A stretch of 64,000 nucleotides of DNA from Alphaproteobacteria bacterium (GTDB lineage: Bacteria; Pseudomonadota; Alphaproteobacteria; CALKHQ01), in NCBI GenBank assembly GCA_965227515.1, contig CBDDFZ010000001.1, forward strand, positions 2,784,001 to 2,848,000. The letters run 5' to 3'. Position 1 is the first letter of the stretch. Each line of letters begins with the position of its first letter. Positions 60,913-64,000 of the stretch are shown here, piece after piece. The notes under the pieces are model-generated. The model saw only the letters and a list, made by a program, of their open reading frames with translations, made no database searches and was not told where the DNA came from. A program made the position numbers and the translations under genes.

Positions 60913-61629
60913 TCAGTTGGTATTGTCCTGATTGCCGCCGAGCTGTTCCAGCAAATTGTCGAGCGCACCGCCACTTTCGTTGTCGATGGGCGCCGGCTGG
61001 CTGGGTTCTCCGCCCTCAGTGGGCGGGTCGCTCAGTTGCTGGGTCTCCAGGTCGGGGTCGGGCGGCGGCCCGTCATCGCCGATACGCGGCGGCTCGCGGT
61101 CCAGGGTCTCGGCCAGCCACTGCCAGGTCTCGTCGGGCACCACGTCCTCGACTTTCGCGGTCACGTACTTGATCGACGGCATGGACCGCGCCGATTCAAG
61201 CCATGGCGGCTGGTCGGCCTGGGGCACGAACCAGGAGAACATCAGGTAGACGATCACGATGATCAGCCCGCCGCGCACCAGGCCGTACAGCAGGCCGAGC
61301 GACCGGTCGAGCATGCCGGTGCGGTTGCGCTTCAGGCGGTCGCCGATGGCGGCGAAGATCAGCGACAGCACGATCAGCGCGACGATGAACACGGCGGCGC
61401 CGGCGATCAGATCGGCCAGAAGCTCGATCTCGATAATCTGGAACACGAACGGCTGCACGTGCGGGAAGGCGTAGTAGGCCGCCACGGCCGCGCCGATCCA
61501 GGCGAAGATCGAGAACAGCTCGCGCGTCAGGCCCCGGATCAGGCCGAGCAGGCCGGAGCCGATCATGATGACGGCAACCGCGATGTCGACGACGTGGATG
61601 CCGCCTAGGAAGGGATCGAAATTATCCAT
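60913..61629 (-). CDS. cvpA: CvpA family protein
   Basis: GLIRGLTRE, LDRSLGLLYGLVRG; upstream of purF. Confidence 0.9.
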   Translation of the reverse strand: MDNFDPFLGGIHVVDIAVAVIMIGSGLLGLIRGLTRELFSIFAWIGAAVAAYYAFPHVQPFVFQIIEIELLADLIAGAAVFIVALIVLSLIFAAIGDRLKRNRTGMLDRSLGLLYGLVRGGLIIVIVYLMFSWFVPQADQPPWLESARSMPSIKYVTAKVEDVVPDETWQWLAETLDREPPRIGDDGPPPDPDLETQQLSDPPTEGGEPSQPAPIDNESGGALDNLLEQLGGNQDNTN

Positions 61630-61671
61630 GCCGTGTTGGGCCTCATAACAGGCTGTTAGACGAATTGCCTC

Positions 61672-63105
61672 TTACACGAACTGTCGGCGCACGACATTGC
61701 TCGCGTTGTCATCGTCGGGCTTGACGTTTGGCGCAAGCGGAATGCGCTCCAGAAGGTCGCGGACGTGCGCCAGCCGGGAGATGGCGCCCATGCCGGCCGC
61801 GTCCGACGGCGACGAGGCCGCCGCCCGGGCCGGCATCCAGGCCTGATCGAACCCCAGTTTCTGGGCTTCTTTAAGGCGCGTCTCGACCTGGCCGACCGGG
61901 CGGACCTGGCCGGAAAGCCCGATCTCGCCGAACACCACGGCGCCGGCCGGCAGCGGATGGTCGGCCATCGAAGACATCAGGGCGGCGGCGGCGGCGAGGT
62001 CGGCGGCGGGCTCCACCACACGCAAGCCCCCGGCGACGCTGAGATAGACATCGCGGCCGGCGAACGAGATGCCGCAGCGCGCCTCCAGCACCGCCAGCAC
62101 CATGGCGAGCCGGGCGCTGTCCCAGCCGACCACCGCGCGGCGTGGCGTCGCCATTGAAGAAGGTGCGACAAGTGCCTGGAATTCCACCAGAACCGGGCGA
62201 CTGCCCTCGATCCCCGGAAACACCGCCGTCCCGCTGACCGGCTCGTCGCGGTCGCCCAGGAACAGGGCGGAGGGGTTGGCCACCTCCATCAGCCCGCCGT
62301 CGGTCATCTCGAACACGCCGATCTCGTCGGCGGCGCCGAATCGGTTCTTCACCGCGCGCAGGATGCGGAACTGGTGGCCGCGGTCGCCCTCGAAGTAGAG
62401 CACGGTGTCGACCATGTGCTCCAGCACGCGGGGGCCGGCGATCTGGCCCTCCTTGGTGACATGGCCGACCAGGATCAGCACCATGCCGCGCCGCTTGGCG
62501 ACGCCGATCAGTTCGTGGGCGCAGGCGCGAACCTGCGCCACCGTACCTGGCGCCGACTCCAGCGCCGGCAGGAACATGGTCTGGATCGAATCGATCACCA
62601 TCACCGCCGGCGGTTGATCGGTATCGATGGCGCCGATGATGGTCTCGACATTGGTTTCGGCGGCCATCAGCACGTCGGCATCGGCGAGCCCCAAGCGATG
62701 GGCGCGCAGCCGCAACTGGTCGATCGCCTCTTCGCCCGAGACGTAGATGCAGGCGTGCCCGCCCTTGGCCAGTGCCGCGGTAGCCTGCAACAGCGCGGTG
62801 GACTTGCCGATGCCCGGGTCGCCGCCGATCAGGAGTGCTGAGCCCGGCACCAGTCCGCCGCCGCATGCGCGATCCAGTTCGGCGATGCCGATGCTCAGCC
62901 GATCCGGCACCGTGCCGCCGCCGGTCAGCGCGACGAGTGGCAGCGGGGCTGATTTCTTGCTTGAGGAACGCTTGCCAACCTGTTGCGATGGAACGGCTTC
63001 CTCGACAATGCTGTTCCACGCACCACAGCCGTCGCAGCGCCCGGCCCACTTGCCGAAGACGCTGCCGCAGTCCTGACAGACATACTGCGTGGTGCGGCGG
63101 GCCAC
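61672..63105 (-). CDS. radA: DNA repair protein RadA/Sms
   Basis: CQDCG...CDGC zinc finger, GDPGIGKST, KNRFG. Confidence 0.97.
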   Translation of the reverse strand: MARRTTQYVCQDCGSVFGKWAGRCDGCGAWNSIVEEAVPSQQVGKRSSSKKSAPLPLVALTGGGTVPDRLSIGIAELDRACGGGLVPGSALLIGGDPGIGKSTALLQATAALAKGGHACIYVSGEEAIDQLRLRAHRLGLADADVLMAAETNVETIIGAIDTDQPPAVMVIDSIQTMFLPALESAPGTVAQVRACAHELIGVAKRRGMVLILVGHVTKEGQIAGPRVLEHMVDTVLYFEGDRGHQFRILRAVKNRFGAADEIGVFEMTDGGLMEVANPSALFLGDRDEPVSGTAVFPGIEGSRPVLVEFQALVAPSSMATPRRAVVGWDSARLAMVLAVLEARCGISFAGRDVYLSVAGGLRVVEPAADLAAAAALMSSMADHPLPAGAVVFGEIGLSGQVRPVGQVETRLKEAQKLGFDQAWMPARAAASSPSDAAGMGAISRLAHVRDLLERIPLAPNVKPDDDNASNVVRRQFV

Positions 63106-63162
63106 CTGTGCGGTCTCCCTAGCTAGCGCCGGCGCGCGCGGCGGATCCGGCCTTGTCTCGCG

Positions 63163-63954
63163 TCAACGGCGCAGTTCCATCTGGATCGGGCCCTCGGCGC
63201 GGCCGTGCACGAACTGGTCCACATAGGGGTTCGTCGCGCGGTCCACGTCGGCCACCGGGCCATGCCAGATGATCTCGCCATGATACAGCATCGCGATGCG
63301 GTCGGCGATCTTGCGCGCGCTCGCCATGTCGTGGGTGATGGAGAGCGCGGTCGCCCCCAATTCGCGCACGCATTTCACGATCAGGTCGTTGATGACGTCG
63401 CCCATGATCGGGTCGAGGCCCGTGGTCGGCTCGTCGAAGAAGATGATGTCGGGGTCGGTAGCGATGGCGCGCGCCAGGCCGACACGCTTTTGCATGCCGC
63501 CGGACAGCTCGGACGGATAGAGGTTGCCCACTTCCTCGGCCAGGCCCACCTGGGCCAGCTTGTCGATGGCGACGACATGGGCTTCCTTGCGCGACTTGCC
63601 ATGGCCCTGGACCAGCCCGAAGGCCACGTTCTCCCAGACCTTCAGGCTGTCGAACAACGCGCCGCCCTGGAACAGCATGCCGAACTTGCGCACCACCTCC
63701 TCGCGGTCGCCGCCGGACATGCCGACGACCTCTTGGCCGTCGATCTTGATCGAGCCCTTGTTGGCGTGCATCAGGCCGATGATGGTCTTGATCAGCACCG
63801 ACTTGCCGGTGCCCGACCCGCCGATGACCACCACCGATTCGCCGGGCATGATGTCCAGGTCCAGGCCGCGCAGCACCTGCTTCGTGCCGAAGCTCTTGTG
63901 CAGGCCCACAACGCTGATTTTGGGCGTCTTGCTGGTGTTGTCCGGTTGGCTCAT
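63163..63954 (-). CDS. mlaF: MlaF-like ABC transporter ATP-binding protein
   Basis: GGSGTGKS, LFQGGALFDS, LSGGMQKRV, DEPTTGLDP. Confidence 0.9.
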   Translation of the reverse strand: MSQPDNTSKTPKISVVGLHKSFGTKQVLRGLDLDIMPGESVVVIGGSGTGKSVLIKTIIGLMHANKGSIKIDGQEVVGMSGGDREEVVRKFGMLFQGGALFDSLKVWENVAFGLVQGHGKSRKEAHVVAIDKLAQVGLAEEVGNLYPSELSGGMQKRVGLARAIATDPDIIFFDEPTTGLDPIMGDVINDLIVKCVRELGATALSITHDMASARKIADRIAMLYHGEIIWHGPVADVDRATNPYVDQFVHGRAEGPIQMELRR

Positions 63955-64000
63955 CGCGCGAAGAACAGCTCGGTGATGATGTAGTTGAAGCACAGGATCA
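63951..64000 (-). CDS. mlaE: MlaE-like ABC permease, 3' end only
   Basis: ...ILCFNYIITELFFAR stop, ATGA overlap with mlaF. Confidence 0.7.
   Translation of the reverse strand, partial: ILCFNYIITELFFAR

Overview
High-GC chromosomal segment, very probably from an alphaproteobacterium (synteny mlaE-mlaF-radA-cvpA-purF-SDR facing yfgM-bamB-der, DUF2794, alphaproteobacterial-type palindromic repeats). About 60 genes: catabolic and redox enzymes (hydantoinase B, GMC oxidoreductase cluster, 3-sulfinopropanoyl-CoA desulfinase-like Acd, gnd/gntK), envelope functions (lpxO, RND pump, SPFH/NfeD, GT4 plus SPINDLY/OGT), Moco genes (moaA, fdhD) and housekeeping genes. Accessory content: four tandem divergent paralogous lipoproteins of no family I recognise, a pair of 60-aa RHH-like CxxC microproteins, a complete IS481 inserted in the loop of a REP-like palindrome, a TA-flanked MITE just upstream of purF, a RelE-type toxin inactivated by a deletion next to an intact antitoxin and its operator, three AT-rich integrase-free islets (Schlafen/AlbA_2-ATPase, HNH-like, three-ORF cassette), a 16-repeat LRR protein with a Tat-like signal, a secreted caspase-like/YbjN fusion, and der apparently starting at CTG. 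No rRNA, tRNA or CRISPR array seen. All family calls come from motif recognition by eye; no database searches were run.
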